Shown here: piece after piece, positions 1 to 10,688 of the stretch | How the letters are laid out: every line of letters begins with the position of its first letter | Numbering within the stretch: position 1 is the stretch's first letter | From: a candidate division WOR-3 bacterium | GTDB taxonomy: Bacteria > Hydrothermota > Tepidihabitantia > SM23-42 > JAOAFX01 | Length of the DNA: 52,764 nt | Direction of reading: 5' to 3' | NCBI GenBank assembly: GCA_039802265.1 | Contig: JBDRWI010000007.1 | Location: forward strand, 1 to 52,764 | The notes under the pieces: generated by a model | What the model was told of the DNA's origin: nothing | What the model saw: only the letters and a program-made list of their open reading frames with translations | The model's database searches: none | Made by a program: the position numbers and the translations under genes

Positions 1-8
1 GTTAATGA

Positions 9-1958
9 TTGGCTAAGAAATTCTTTGTTATTGTTGCAATAGTCTATTTTGTTTTTTCAGGGCTTGGTTTTTTTCAAAAGAATATCACAGGCAAGTTTCC
101 CTATTTTTTTATCGGAATAATTATTTTTTATTATCTATTCTATTTTTTGAAAATTAGAATTGACTTTTTCCACACACTGACCCTGAATATCATCTCTAAT
201 TTATCGGTACAACTTTCCGGAGGACAGTCTTCTCCCCTCTTTGTATCATATTTTTTGACACTACCCCTGGTGAGTTATAAAGAGAAATGGAGTAATTACT
301 GGAAATACTGCGGGATTCTGTTATTAAGCGAAGTTTCAGCTGGATTACTGAAGAATAATTTTTCTCCCTTTTTGACTTTGTTCCTTTTGTTTGAGTTTTT
401 ACTCATCGGCTTTGTTGCCTATCAATTTTATCTTAGGGAAGATAATTTAAAAAAATCTTTAATAAAATATGAGGCAAGAGAAGACCTCTTCAGTCCCGGC
501 GACCTTGAATCAAAGGCAATAGTTACAGCAATTAAGGAAATTGACCGCCACCCGGGCATAGAAAGACCGCTGCTTTATTATGTAAAATTCATCCACAATA
601 TCTTCAAGGGATATACTACCGCAATCTTTGCCTATGTAGATGGACAGCTTGTGCTCATTCAGGGATTTTCCCATTCAGAATTATTCAATCCCGGAGTAGT
701 AATTGACCAGAAACAGGGGCTCTATCATCAAATAATAGCCGAAAAGAAGACGGTCTTGATAAAGGAATTTATTCAGGATCCATCTGAACTTGGCTATTAT
801 CGCGGAGAGTTGAAGATCAGCTCGGTCATTATTGCGCCCATTTCAATACTGGATAAAATTGAGGGAATTTTGGTTATTGACCGTAAGGATTCTTCATTTA
901 ATGAAGATGATAAGGCAATGTTTGATATTGCAGCGCAGTGCGCCGGACACCTGATCGCAGTTCTGAGATTGTATGAAAAGGAACGCTATGAGGCGCTTTA
1001 TCTATCGGCCATCGCGGAACTGGCACGGAAATTCCAACTTGGACTGGAATTAAAGACAATTCTCGCCGACACAAAAAAGTCCTTCAAGACGGTATTAAAC
1101 TGTGATGACCTTTCAATTGCGGCTATTGATGAGTTAAATAATCAGGGAACTGTATTAGATTCAACCTATCTCAGGGAGAATACGAAATTCTCCCTTGATG
1201 AAGGGCTGGTAGGAATGATAGCGAAGCATAAGAATTATATCTTAAAAGAAGACCTTACCGAGGGAAATCTAACTGTCTTGAAAAAAGGTGAAAAAAGACC
1301 CCGTGGCTCTTTCGTGGGAATTCCCATTAAGAACGATAATGAAATCCTGGGTGTGATCTGGCTTGAGGACCACCGGAGAAAGAGATTCAATGAGGATGAT
1401 GTGAGGGCATTGAATATCCTTGGTTCCCAGTTAGCACTTGCCTGGCAGCGGGCAATTTTATATGAAAGGGTTAAGGAACTCTCCATAAGGGACGGTCTGA
1501 CCGGTCTTTATAATCATCGACATTTCCAGGAGGTCTTGGAAGAAGCGATTAAAAAGAATCGAGAGTTGATTCTCTTGCTCTTTGACATAGATTATTTCAA
1601 AAAGATAAATGATACCTATGGACACCAGGCTGGAGATGAGGTTTTGAAATTTATTGGCAGACTGATTTTTCAGACTGGAATTTCCGCGCGTTATGGAGGT
1701 GAGGAATTTGCAATTATCTTACCCGGATACAATCTGAAGAAGGGTGTTGAGATGGCGGTGCGGCTAAAAGACCATATCAATAAGTCCGAGATTAGATTCA
1801 ATCAGCTAAAGATAAAATTTACGGTGAGTATTGGTGTTGCCCATTATCCAAAGGATGGGCGTACCAGAATAGAATTGATTGAGCGGGCTGACCGTGCCCT
1901 TTATCAGGCAAAAAATAGTGGCCGGGATAAGATTGTAATCGCCAAATCCCTTACCTGA
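9..1958 (+). CDS. Membrane-anchored GAF-GAF-GGDEF diguanylate cyclase
   Basis: Hydrophobic N-terminal segments; two GAF-like regions (SSVIIAPI...GILVID; SFVGIPI...LGVIWLE); C-terminal DGLTGLYN...DIDYFKKINDTYGHQAGD...ARYGGEEF. No RxxD I-site. TTG start at the window edge, so the start is uncertain. Confidence 0.9.
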   Translation: MAKKFFVIVAIVYFVFSGLGFFQKNITGKFPYFFIGIIIFYYLFYFLKIRIDFFHTLTLNIISNLSVQLSGGQSSPLFVSYFLTLPLVSYKEKWSNYWKYCGILLLSEVSAGLLKNNFSPFLTLFLLFEFLLIGFVAYQFYLREDNLKKSLIKYEAREDLFSPGDLESKAIVTAIKEIDRHPGIERPLLYYVKFIHNIFKGYTTAIFAYVDGQLVLIQGFSHSELFNPGVVIDQKQGLYHQIIAEKKTVLIKEFIQDPSELGYYRGELKISSVIIAPISILDKIEGILVIDRKDSSFNEDDKAMFDIAAQCAGHLIAVLRLYEKERYEALYLSAIAELARKFQLGLELKTILADTKKSFKTVLNCDDLSIAAIDELNNQGTVLDSTYLRENTKFSLDEGLVGMIAKHKNYILKEDLTEGNLTVLKKGEKRPRGSFVGIPIKNDNEILGVIWLEDHRRKRFNEDDVRALNILGSQLALAWQRAILYERVKELSIRDGLTGLYNHRHFQEVLEEAIKKNRELILLLFDIDYFKKINDTYGHQAGDEVLKFIGRLIFQTGISARYGGEEFAIILPGYNLKKGVEMAVRLKDHINKSEIRFNQLKIKFTVSIGVAHYPKDGRTRIELIERADRALYQAKNSGRDKIVIAKSLT

Positions 1959-2387
1959 TTCATAATAGGTTTGAGAGTGGGAAAGTAAAACTTTTAACTA
2001 CTCTTCAATTCTTCTTTAGCATACATTGATTGAGGTAATAGGAATTTCAAAAATCCTGAAGGGACCCCTCAAGATTATCCTCACTATTTATTCTGTCAAG
2101 TCAACATTTTTAACACAGAGTGAAAATTGTTGACGAACTCCACAAAATAAACCCGTCATCATTTAGTCTTTTTCCTAAAACCCGACTTTATATTAGTAAC
2201 CATTTAGTTCTTCCGAAAGCATTCATATATTTACTTCGTCTCCATTGATGGAAGGAGATGAAATGGATGTGAATTTTGTGTCTATGTACCCCCCTTACCC
2301 TTTCTTTTACCCAAATCGGGGAAAAATTTTATGTACTTCTCTCACAGCGGAAGAGGAATTTTGGAAAAGAACTTGCGAGGATAAAGT

Positions 2388-3896
2388 TTATCTCTGACTC
2401 AGAAAGCCAATGGGTAGAATTATCTCTTCCATTGAAATCCCACCGTGCTGGAAGGTGTATTTGAATTCTCGCTCATACTCGGTGGGTTTTGTTGGGTAGA
2501 TAAAGTAATAGTCTTCGCGGGCAATTATGAAACGGATCGATGGATTTTCGGCCGGCAGATATAACTCGCCGGGATTATTTAACACCAGAGCGGTCTTTTC
2601 ATCGGTCCTCAATGCGGGGCCATATTTGTATCTCAGATTAGGAGAAATCTCGCGTCCACCATAGACTATCGTGGGCCGTCTAACATGGATGAATCCGTGG
2701 TCCGTTGTCAGAATAATTCTTTTTTTCTTTCGGGCGATCTCTTTAAATATTTCAAAAATTGGCGATGAAGGAAACCAGTATCCCAGGAGGTTGAGGAGGA
2801 TCCTTTCATCATCAAGTATTCCCTTCATATCTCCCCTTCCCGGAATTGAGTGGAGCAGGAGGTCAAAGAAGTTTATTACCACAACTGTAATGTCCATATT
2901 ATCGCCGGAGATCTTTTTGACATTCCGTTCTATTTCTTCGATTGTCGAAAGTTTATAAAAGGAGAAATTAAATTTCAGGTTATGCCTTTTTAAGAACTCG
3001 TTAAACAATTCCTTCTCAAATCTATTCTGCCCCTTTTCTTCAAAGAGCCAGTATTGGGGATAACGCTCGGCGATTTCAAGGGGTAATAAGCCACTGAAGA
3101 TGCTATTCCGTGAGTAGGGTGTTGCTGAAGGCAGAATCGAGTAATAATATTGAGTCTGGACTTCGTAGTAATCCCTTAAATAGGGTAAGAGTTTTAAATA
3201 TTGGTCAAGGCGCATTGAATCAAAGATAATAAAATAGAGCGGTCCTTGACTCATCGTTGGTAATACCGCCTGGGTAAAGAGGGTATGTGAGAGAATCGGT
3301 CCTTTTCCTTTAATGAAATTTTTGTATTCATAATCAATGAATTTATTAAAGCCGGCGTTTGCCTCCTGCTTTTTTTGATTGTGCATCTCTTTTATTTCTT
3401 TACTGCCGAATTCCAAAAATCTCAAATCCCAGGTAACAAGATTACGGTAATATTCAATCCATTCCTTATAATCAGCCGGCTCAGTGCTACTACGAAATTG
3501 TGCTGAGTAATCCTCACCAATTTTTTCCTCTATAAGGCTCTTTCGTTTTAAAATTCTGCTCAATACCGATAGCAACTGATTGAAGCTGAACGGTTTTGTG
3601 ATATAGTCATCAACCCAGCCCCCATAGGCCTGTTTCATTAATGCCTCTTCTTCACTCTTGGTCACCATCACCACCAGTTGCTGAGGATTGGTAGATTTTA
3701 TTCTCCTCAAGACCTCCAGGCCATCCACGCCGGGCATAATTTCATCAAGGAAGATTAAATCAAAGACCTCTTGATTGACTAATCTCACCCCATCCTCACC
3801 AGATGTAGCAGTTTTTACCTCATACCCTTCATTGGTGAGCAGGTAAATAAATGGCTTTAATAAATCGATTTCATCATCAATCCATAATATTTTCAT
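2388..3896 (-). CDS. porX: PorX-like response regulator: REC domain plus PglZ (alkaline phosphatase superfamily) domain
   Basis: REC: ILWIDDEIDLLKP...FLDEIMPG...VMVTKSEEE...YITKP. PglZ motifs: FDSMRLD, SILPSATPYSRNSIFSG, INFFDLLLH, LTTDHG, NLRYKYG, TFQHGGISMEE. No DNA-binding output domain. This matches the PorX architecture. Confidence 0.88.
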   Translation of the reverse strand: MKILWIDDEIDLLKPFIYLLTNEGYEVKTATSGEDGVRLVNQEVFDLIFLDEIMPGVDGLEVLRRIKSTNPQQLVVMVTKSEEEALMKQAYGGWVDDYITKPFSFNQLLSVLSRILKRKSLIEEKIGEDYSAQFRSSTEPADYKEWIEYYRNLVTWDLRFLEFGSKEIKEMHNQKKQEANAGFNKFIDYEYKNFIKGKGPILSHTLFTQAVLPTMSQGPLYFIIFDSMRLDQYLKLLPYLRDYYEVQTQYYYSILPSATPYSRNSIFSGLLPLEIAERYPQYWLFEEKGQNRFEKELFNEFLKRHNLKFNFSFYKLSTIEEIERNVKKISGDNMDITVVVINFFDLLLHSIPGRGDMKGILDDERILLNLLGYWFPSSPIFEIFKEIARKKKRIILTTDHGFIHVRRPTIVYGGREISPNLRYKYGPALRTDEKTALVLNNPGELYLPAENPSIRFIIAREDYYFIYPTKPTEYEREFKYTFQHGGISMEEIILPIGFLSQR

Positions 3897-5065
3897 TTTT
3901 TACTCCCGGGAATAAAAATCTGAAATGTTGTCCCTTCGGGTCCGGTCTTCTTTAATATTAACCGACCCCGGTGATAGTCTTCAACTATCCGCTTGGTGAG
4001 CACAAGCCCAAGGCCCCATCCATATTTTTTGGTTGTATAACCGGGTTTGAAAATTTCTTTCTCCCGCTTTATACCTGGACCGGTATCGGAGATTTCAATG
4101 ACTACCCCCCCATCGGAGGATAGTGTCTTTATTGTAATCTTCCCCGTATTTGCACCGATTGCATCAAGACCGTTCTTCAAAACATTCTCCACTGCCCAAT
4201 CCAGAAGAATCTCATCAAATTTTATTACGGGTAAAGACTGGTAATCTTCAATGAATTCTATTCCTTTATGGGCACGCCTTTTTATATAAGATACTGCCTT
4301 TTTGATCGTCTCATCTGGCTCCTTCTCGATCAATCTCGGTGGCATACCGATTCGGGAGAATTTCTCAAGGACCTCCTTCATCCGCGCGGTGTCCTCGGCA
4401 ATCCCTTCATAGACTTCGCCTGCAATCCTTCCCCGGATTGCCTCGAGCCAGCCACTGAGTGAAGAGAGGGGTGTGGCGAGCTGGTGGGCGGTCTCTTTGG
4501 CAAGCGAGTTCCAGATCTTCTCCTCCTCACTCTTTCGGTAGACAAGATATCCCCAGAAACCCAAAAACAGAAATGCCAGCAGAAATGCGGTCTCCAGGAA
4601 GGGGATAATCCTTAATGCCCGGGTAAAAGGTGAGAGCCCGTAATGAACATAGCCAACCAGTGTTGAATCACCTCCTTCTCTTATGACAATCGGTATCGGC
4701 CGGTGACTTCGGTCAAGTTGCTTTACCACTTCCTTTAAATCATTACCCTTGATGTTCTTTGATGAGTAGGGATTTCCGTAGACATCGGTCAGGACTACCG
4801 GAAAATCTATCTTCTGAATTACCTCCTGGAATAATAGATTCAATAATGCCTCTTCGCCCATTCCCGGTCCTGAGGCATATTTGGCAAAAATCCTTGATGT
4901 AGTCTCCGTCTCTTTTTGGATCTTCTGAATTAGATAACTGGAATAGAGATAGGTAACGATACCGATGGCTCCAATTCCGATTAAGAAATAAACTACAAGT
5001 GTCCGTGAGGTAAATATCCCTTTTCGTGGTGCCTTGTTAATTGACCCCGGTTTTGTTCTGACCAT
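3893..5065 (-). CDS. porY: PorY-like membrane sensor histidine kinase
   Basis: Two TM segments; H-box AKETAHQLATPLSSL, N-box ENVLKNGLDA, G1 DTGPGI, FKPGYTTKKYGWGLGL. Start moved to ATG 5065 (GAGG RBS upstream). ATGA overlap with porX. Confidence 0.8.
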   Translation of the reverse strand: MVRTKPGSINKAPRKGIFTSRTLVVYFLIGIGAIGIVTYLYSSYLIQKIQKETETTSRIFAKYASGPGMGEEALLNLLFQEVIQKIDFPVVLTDVYGNPYSSKNIKGNDLKEVVKQLDRSHRPIPIVIREGGDSTLVGYVHYGLSPFTRALRIIPFLETAFLLAFLFLGFWGYLVYRKSEEEKIWNSLAKETAHQLATPLSSLSGWLEAIRGRIAGEVYEGIAEDTARMKEVLEKFSRIGMPPRLIEKEPDETIKKAVSYIKRRAHKGIEFIEDYQSLPVIKFDEILLDWAVENVLKNGLDAIGANTGKITIKTLSSDGGVVIEISDTGPGIKREKEIFKPGYTTKKYGWGLGLVLTKRIVEDYHRGRLILKKTGPEGTTFQIFIPGSKK

Positions 5066-6914
5066 ATTTTTGCCTCTTTTCAAGATACAATTTCTTATCC
5101 GCAAAGTCAATGAGTTCGGCAAAATTCTTGCCATTTTCTGGATAGAGGGCGATACCGCACGAGAACCCGATCTTTTCTATATTACTATTTGCGGCGAGAA
5201 TTCTTTCAAATTCTTTAATTCTATTTTTTGCACCCCGGATACCTATCTTGGGCAATATGATAATGAACTCATCACCCCCATACCGGGTTACAAATCCATT
5301 TCTACCCACTGCCTTAAAAAGGGATGAAGCGGTAATCTTGAGAATTTCATCACCAAAGAGATGTCCATGTCGGTCATTTATCATTTTGAAACCGTCAAGG
5401 TCAACCATTACGATGCTTATCGGCAAGACTTTTTTCTCAATGAGCTGGGATAATTTCTCCTTAAAGAAACGGTAATTATAGAGACCGGTTAGTTCGTCAG
5501 TATAGGAAAGGCTTTCTATCTTTTTGAAGAGATTGTGATTCTCAATGGCCAGTCCCAGGAAATCACCAAATGCCTCCAGCAATCTAATCTTTTCCATTGA
5601 TGGAACAAGGTTGGCGTATGGTTCATCAAGGGATAATATTGCCAGTAGCCCTCCATCTCTTGAGTATATCGGCGAGAGTAAGATATCGCCGGAAGCCCAG
5701 AGTTTCTCTATACGCTTTTTGGCTGGGCGTGTCTTATAAACTTTATATTTATGGATCTCATCATCTACTTCTTCAGCCGGAATATAGTAAGAATGGGAGA
5801 TACGGTAGCAATCTTTGAAGAGATTTTTAATTACATCAACTGGTGGATGGACCCTTTGGGCCGCCTTCAATTTACGCTTGGAGATTCCTATACCATTTAT
5901 CCGGTCAAATGACTGGGTATCAGGATTATACAAAGAAAGCAGAATTTTCTTAAAGCCGAGCAACCGCTGTGCCCGTCGCAATAATTCATCAAAGACCAGA
6001 CGGAGTTCATAAGGGGTTAACATAATTCGTGCAATCTCCTGGAGCCCGTGGCTTTCTTTTAGTGCCCGATTCAGGGCGCCGAAGAGTTCAATTCGCTCCA
6101 GGGCAATGGAGGCCTGATTACCCAAAAACTTCAATTTGGTGATGAAATACTTCTGGTCAAAGTTTTTTGTGCCGTTCAATAAAACAAAGAAACCACGACA
6201 ATCGCCCTTTATCATAAAGGGGATGAATATCGCCTCGGTAAAGTCTCTATTCTTAAAGAGTGGTTTGAGAAATTTGTTATTGCCATTTCTGACATAAGAA
6301 ATTTGCCGTTCCTTAAACAAGCGGTGATAAAGTTCATTTGAGAGAATCTTTAGGGAATATGTTCTATCCCGACCGATCAATTTATCATCAACTGCATAGA
6401 ATAGAAAAACATCCATGTTCAGCATCCTCTTCGCAGCAGATTCAATATACCAGATAATCTTTTGTTCATTGAGGGTGGTAATTACATTCAGGTTCAATTC
6501 ATTGATTATCTGGGATTCAATTATTCGGCTTTTGGAGAAATCACGAATTGAAATAGTCTGGGATAGTAGATTTAAGAGCCTTTCTATGAAGGCACATTCA
6601 GTGGTGTGATCGAAAACATTTCTTGGGAAATTAAAGTAGAGATGGTAAACTTCATTATTTTTGTGGAATAAAAATCTTAAAAATTTTTTATAATTTTCTT
6701 GAACAAAATGTTTTTCATCAAGGTCTGACTTATTCATATAATTGCCTGATGCCTCCCAGTGATAGACCAGGCGATCGTTGAAAAAAATGGAAAATTTATC
6801 TGTCCCCAAAAATTCACCGATCTTGCGGGCGATATCCTGTAAATTCAATTCCCAGAGATTTTTCTTACTAAAATCTTCGAGGATTTTTAAAATTTTTTCC
6901 TGGCTATTTTTCAT
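5037..6914 (-). CDS. Cytoplasmic GAF-containing GGDEF diguanylate cyclase
   Basis: GAF-like segments ending LGNQASIALE and FGDFLGLAIEN; TDELTGLYN...DLDGFKMINDRHGHLFGD...RYGGDEF; no RxxD I-site. Confidence 0.9.
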   Translation of the reverse strand: MKNSQEKILKILEDFSKKNLWELNLQDIARKIGEFLGTDKFSIFFNDRLVYHWEASGNYMNKSDLDEKHFVQENYKKFLRFLFHKNNEVYHLYFNFPRNVFDHTTECAFIERLLNLLSQTISIRDFSKSRIIESQIINELNLNVITTLNEQKIIWYIESAAKRMLNMDVFLFYAVDDKLIGRDRTYSLKILSNELYHRLFKERQISYVRNGNNKFLKPLFKNRDFTEAIFIPFMIKGDCRGFFVLLNGTKNFDQKYFITKLKFLGNQASIALERIELFGALNRALKESHGLQEIARIMLTPYELRLVFDELLRRAQRLLGFKKILLSLYNPDTQSFDRINGIGISKRKLKAAQRVHPPVDVIKNLFKDCYRISHSYYIPAEEVDDEIHKYKVYKTRPAKKRIEKLWASGDILLSPIYSRDGGLLAILSLDEPYANLVPSMEKIRLLEAFGDFLGLAIENHNLFKKIESLSYTDELTGLYNYRFFKEKLSQLIEKKVLPISIVMVDLDGFKMINDRHGHLFGDEILKITASSLFKAVGRNGFVTRYGGDEFIIILPKIGIRGAKNRIKEFERILAANSNIEKIGFSCGIALYPENGKNFAELIDFADKKLYLEKRQKYGQNKTGVN

Positions 6915-7651
6915 ACTTGAATAATCTGTTTACCAAAAATCCGGGCAAAAGAGGCAAACTCATCATCATCACCACAATAGGCATCACAGAGATAGAGTGT
7001 CTTCATTGCCTCAGTTAATTTCTGTTTATCTCTATCAAATATGAATTTACCGCCCGGCCAGGTAAGTTGCTGAACCTTACCATTGACAAAGAGTATTGGT
7101 GCCTCCCTGGATAAAGTCTTACTCAAGTTTTTAAGTTCTATTTTTGAGAATTTGAATTGCTTTTTAGGGTCTGCCCCTTCAATTCGGAAGAAGGAATAGA
7201 GTGCTGAAATTTCATCTATTAGGATATTATAATAAGGGAAGTATTTTAGATTATAAAATGTTATTCGGCGGGAGGCCGGAATTAAATAGGGTAAGGCGAG
7301 ATTTGCCGGATTATTGAGCTCAATCAAGTAATGAATTCGCAAATCCTTGACCTGTCTTTTCAGAAAATTAAATTCTTTACTTATAACCGTAAGATTGCTG
7401 TAATAATAAGAATTTTGAAATAGTTCTGGATTTAATATCTCTCGAATCTCTTCAAAGCTTTTTGGCATTAAAAAGACAATTGACCCCAGTTTCCTCAACG
7501 CACCCAGAAATGATAAACTCTCGAGGAAATCTTTCGGTTTACCCGGGACCGAGACAAAGAAGTGCATCCCTTTTTTAAATTCAAGTGGCTTGAATGACCT
7601 TATGAATCTGCCACGAGTGAAATGTAGATACAATGACTGTCTAAGACTCAT
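6911..7651 (-). CDS. Hypothetical protein, weak resemblance to a degenerate GT9 (heptosyltransferase-like) fold
   Basis: 246-aa ORF 19 nt after clpX with an ATGA overlap to the downstream GGDEF gene. C-terminal LYLCDAYCGDDDEFASFARIFGK loosely recalls the GT9 C-terminal motif (inference). Confidence 0.55.
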   Translation of the reverse strand: MSLRQSLYLHFTRGRFIRSFKPLEFKKGMHFFVSVPGKPKDFLESLSFLGALRKLGSIVFLMPKSFEEIREILNPELFQNSYYYSNLTVISKEFNFLKRQVKDLRIHYLIELNNPANLALPYLIPASRRITFYNLKYFPYYNILIDEISALYSFFRIEGADPKKQFKFSKIELKNLSKTLSREAPILFVNGKVQQLTWPGGKFIFDRDKQKLTEAMKTLYLCDAYCGDDDEFASFARIFGKQIIQV

Positions 7652-7670
7652 AAATCCGGATTAAAAGATA

Positions 7671-8882
7671 TTACTGGGCGTGTCTCTTCCTTGATTCAAT
7701 GTAATTTGGTGGGGCATTTTGAGTTATCACTTCTTTTGTTATTATACACCTTTCATAGCCAGAGAGGTTGGGTAGATTGAACATAATATCAAGCATAAAT
7801 TTCTCAAGGATTGACCTCAATGCCCTTGCACCGGTATTATATTTCAATGCTTGGTTGACTATCTCATCTATCGCCTCATTGGTAAATTCCAATTTCACCC
7901 CTTCCATCTCAAAATATTTTGCATATTGTTTAATCAGGGCATTGCGGGGTTTGGTTAAGACCTCTTTCAGCGCCTCCCGTGAGAGTTTATGGAATGGGGC
8001 AATAACCGGGACCCGGCCCACAAACTCTGGAATAAGACCATATTTTATCAGGTCCTCGGGTTCAATCTGGGCAAGAATTTCATCGTAGGTCAACTCATTA
8101 ACCCTCATATCCGTCACAAATCCAATCTTGGTCTTCTTCAGGCGTCTCATGATTATCTCTTCAATTCCATCAAAGGTACCGCCCAGAATAAATAGAATCT
8201 TCTTTGTATTTATGGGAATGTACTCCTGCTCTGGATGTTTCCTGCCGCCATGAGGAGGACAATTGGCAATAGTTCCTTCAAGAATTTTCAACAATGCCTG
8301 TTGCACCCCCTCGCCTGAGACATCCCGGGTGATTGATGGTGAATCACTCTTTCGGGCAATCTTATCTACTTCATCCAGATAGACAATCCCGATTTCTGCT
8401 GCCTGAATGTTATAATTCGCGGCCTGAATCAACCGCAAAAGGATATTTTCCACATCCTCACCCACATATCCAGCCTCGGTAAGGGGTGTGGCATCGGATA
8501 TGGAAAATGGCACATGGAGCAGGCGGGATAATGTCTCGGCAAGCAGTGTCTTTCCTGTGCCAGTTGGACCAATCAAAAGAATATTACTCTTCTGTAATTC
8601 AATTTCCTCATCGGGAACCATTGTCCTTTTGTAATGATTATAGACTGCAACCGATATTACCTTCTTTGCCCGTTCCTGTCCAATGACATACTGGTCTAAA
8701 AAAGATTTTATCTCATGGGGCTTGGGCAGGATGAAGTTGGGCTGGGTAAAGGTCTTCTTTTCGTCCTCCAGGAGTTCATTGCAAAGCTTGATGCATTCGT
8801 CACAGATGTAGGCGCGATTTCCCCGAAAAAGCCTCTTTACTGCAGTTCTGGGACGCTGACAGAAGGAGCAGACTAATTTCAT
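7671..8882 (-). CDS. clpX: ATP-dependent Clp protease ATP-binding subunit ClpX
   Basis: C4 zinc finger CSFC...ICDEC; Walker [43 protein letters not shown] loop; TGARALR. Confidence 0.98.
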   Translation of the reverse strand: MKLVCSFCQRPRTAVKRLFRGNRAYICDECIKLCNELLEDEKKTFTQPNFILPKPHEIKSFLDQYVIGQERAKKVISVAVYNHYKRTMVPDEEIELQKSNILLIGPTGTGKTLLAETLSRLLHVPFSISDATPLTEAGYVGEDVENILLRLIQAANYNIQAAEIGIVYLDEVDKIARKSDSPSITRDVSGEGVQQALLKILEGTIANCPPHGGRKHPEQEYIPINTKKILFILGGTFDGIEEIIMRRLKKTKIGFVTDMRVNELTYDEILAQIEPEDLIKYGLIPEFVGRVPVIAPFHKLSREALKEVLTKPRNALIKQYAKYFEMEGVKLEFTNEAIDEIVNQALKYNTGARALRSILEKFMLDIMFNLPNLSGYERCIITKEVITQNAPPNYIESRKRHAQ

Positions 8883-8884
8883 AC

Positions 8885-9472
8885 TCAGGACTTTCTGGTT
8901 ACAATTACCTCATCAATGATTCCATATTCCTTTGCTTCCTGAGCGGACATAAAGTAATTACGGTCGGTATCCTTACTAATCTTCTCTTCGGTCTGGCCTG
9001 TATGCTTGGCAAATAGTTTATTCAAAATCTCCCGGATTGTAAGGACCTCGCGGGCATGGATTGCGATATCCGAGGCCTGCCCCTGGAATGCACCTTCAGG
9101 CTGGTGAATCATAATCCTTGAATGGGGTAGTCCGTATCGCTTTCCTTTTGTGCCAGCGGCAAGAAGTAAGGCAGCCATACTAGCCGCCATTCCGATGCAG
9201 ATTGTTGAAACTTGAGGTTTTATATACTGCATTGTATCGTATATAGCAAGTCCGGATGAGACAATTCCACCTGGAGAATTGATGTAAAGAAAGATATCCT
9301 TGTGCGGGTCTTCAGCCTCCAGGAAGAGAAGTTGGGCCATTACCAGGTTAGCAACGGTATCGTCAATCGGCGTGCCAATAAAGACAATCCGCTCTTTTAA
9401 CAGTCGGGAGTAGATATCATAAGCCCTTTCACCCCGACCGGTCTGTTCAATAACGAATGGTACGGTTAACAT
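8885..9472 (-). CDS. clpP: ATP-dependent Clp protease proteolytic subunit ClpP
   Basis: [31 protein letters not shown] (catalytic Ser), [15 protein letters not shown]. Confidence 0.98.
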   Translation of the reverse strand: MLTVPFVIEQTGRGERAYDIYSRLLKERIVFIGTPIDDTVANLVMAQLLFLEAEDPHKDIFLYINSPGGIVSSGLAIYDTMQYIKPQVSTICIGMAASMAALLLAAGTKGKRYGLPHSRIMIHQPEGAFQGQASDIAIHAREVLTIREILNKLFAKHTGQTEEKISKDTDRNYFMSAQEAKEYGIIDEVIVTRKS

Positions 9473-10658
9473 TATCTACCTCCCTGGGTGAAACAATTCT
9501 TTCCCGCTCGCTTACAATGGCATTTTTTAAAAGAAACTCCATGGTCTTTCTTCTGGTGATCAAATTCTGCAGATATTCAATATAACCTTTTCTATCCTCG
9601 TTTATCTCCGAATCCTCGCGTTTCAGTAACGCAACCACCTCGGTCTTGGGGGTATTAATGCCTTCCTTTTCCGCAATCTTCTCCAGGATTAAATTGAGAC
9701 GCGCCCTTTTTTCAGCAATATCCCAGAAACGCTCCCGGTTTGCCTCGGAGTCGGTCAGATTATTTTCTTTTAAAATCATCTGGTATTCAAAATTGATAAG
9801 AGTTTTGGGTACTGGAAATTGATTTCTTTCAAGTAGAATTTGTGCCAGAGACTCCTCCAATTCCTCTTTCAGTCTATTCTCTTCATCTTTTTCTATTGCC
9901 TTGCGTACCTTTTCCTCCAGTTCTTTAATGTCTTTGCAATTGAGTGAATGGGCGAAATTGTCGTCTATCTGGGGTAAGATCTTTTCTTCAATCTTTTTTA
10001 TAGATATTTTATAAAGCAAATCTTGAATCTTTATCTCCTTCCTTTCTCCTTTTTTTGCACCCACCAAGAGGCGATTTATCTCATCGGGTAAAGAACGGTC
10101 ACCGACCCTTACAACTATATCTTTCTTCTGTTCCTGAACTTCGTCTTTTCTGATTATTTCCATATCCATAGTAACAAAACTGTCAACTGCCGCCGATTCG
10201 TTGGTCTCGCGTATTGTGGCGTATCTTTCCCGCAGATTATTCATCGCCTCCTCAAATAGATAATCGCTGGGAAGTGGCTTATTCTTAAGCAATTCCAATC
10301 CCAAGTAATTTTTTACATCAAAATCGGGTATTACCTCAATCCGTAAGCGGAACTTTATTTCCTCTCCATCCTCAACATTGAGTAATTCCGGTTCCGTGGC
10401 TGGTCGCCACTTTTTTTCTTCCAAAAGTTTTGAGTAAAATTTAGCAATTAGCTTATTCAGTGCATTTGTCCTTATTGTATTTTGATAAAGGGAGTGGACT
10501 ACATTTTTAGGTGCCCTGCCCTTTCGGTAGCCCTTAATAGCGACTTTCTTGCGAAGTCTCTCCGTCTCTTCATCCATGGCGGGTTTAAAATCTTCATGGG
10601 AAAGCAAAAACTCCACCTCTTTTTCTACTTCACTTTCATTGACTATCTGGTAATTCAA
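9447..10658 (-). CDS. tig: Trigger factor
   Basis: Ribosome-binding motif KGYRKGRAP; position upstream of clpP-clpX; TTG start with AAGGAG RBS. Confidence 0.92.
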   Translation of the reverse strand: MNYQIVNESEVEKEVEFLLSHEDFKPAMDEETERLRKKVAIKGYRKGRAPKNVVHSLYQNTIRTNALNKLIAKFYSKLLEEKKWRPATEPELLNVEDGEEIKFRLRIEVIPDFDVKNYLGLELLKNKPLPSDYLFEEAMNNLRERYATIRETNESAAVDSFVTMDMEIIRKDEVQEQKKDIVVRVGDRSLPDEINRLLVGAKKGERKEIKIQDLLYKISIKKIEEKILPQIDDNFAHSLNCKDIKELEEKVRKAIEKDEENRLKEELEESLAQILLERNQFPVPKTLINFEYQMILKENNLTDSEANRERFWDIAEKRARLNLILEKIAEKEGINTPKTEVVALLKREDSEINEDRKGYIEYLQNLITRRKTMEFLLKNAIVSERERIVSPREVDNVNRTIRY

Positions 10659-10688
10659 TTAAACTCCTTTAAATTGCCTTTTCGGTTC

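Noticed and set aside
2276..2464. 62-aa ORF in the convergent gap
   Set aside because: TTG start without RBS, overlaps the porX 3' end antisense, and runs through degenerate repeat sequence.
2388..3896. BREX defence system suggested by the PglZ domain
   Set aside because: PglZ is fused to a REC domain in PorX fashion, and no brxC, pglX or brxL genes are nearby.
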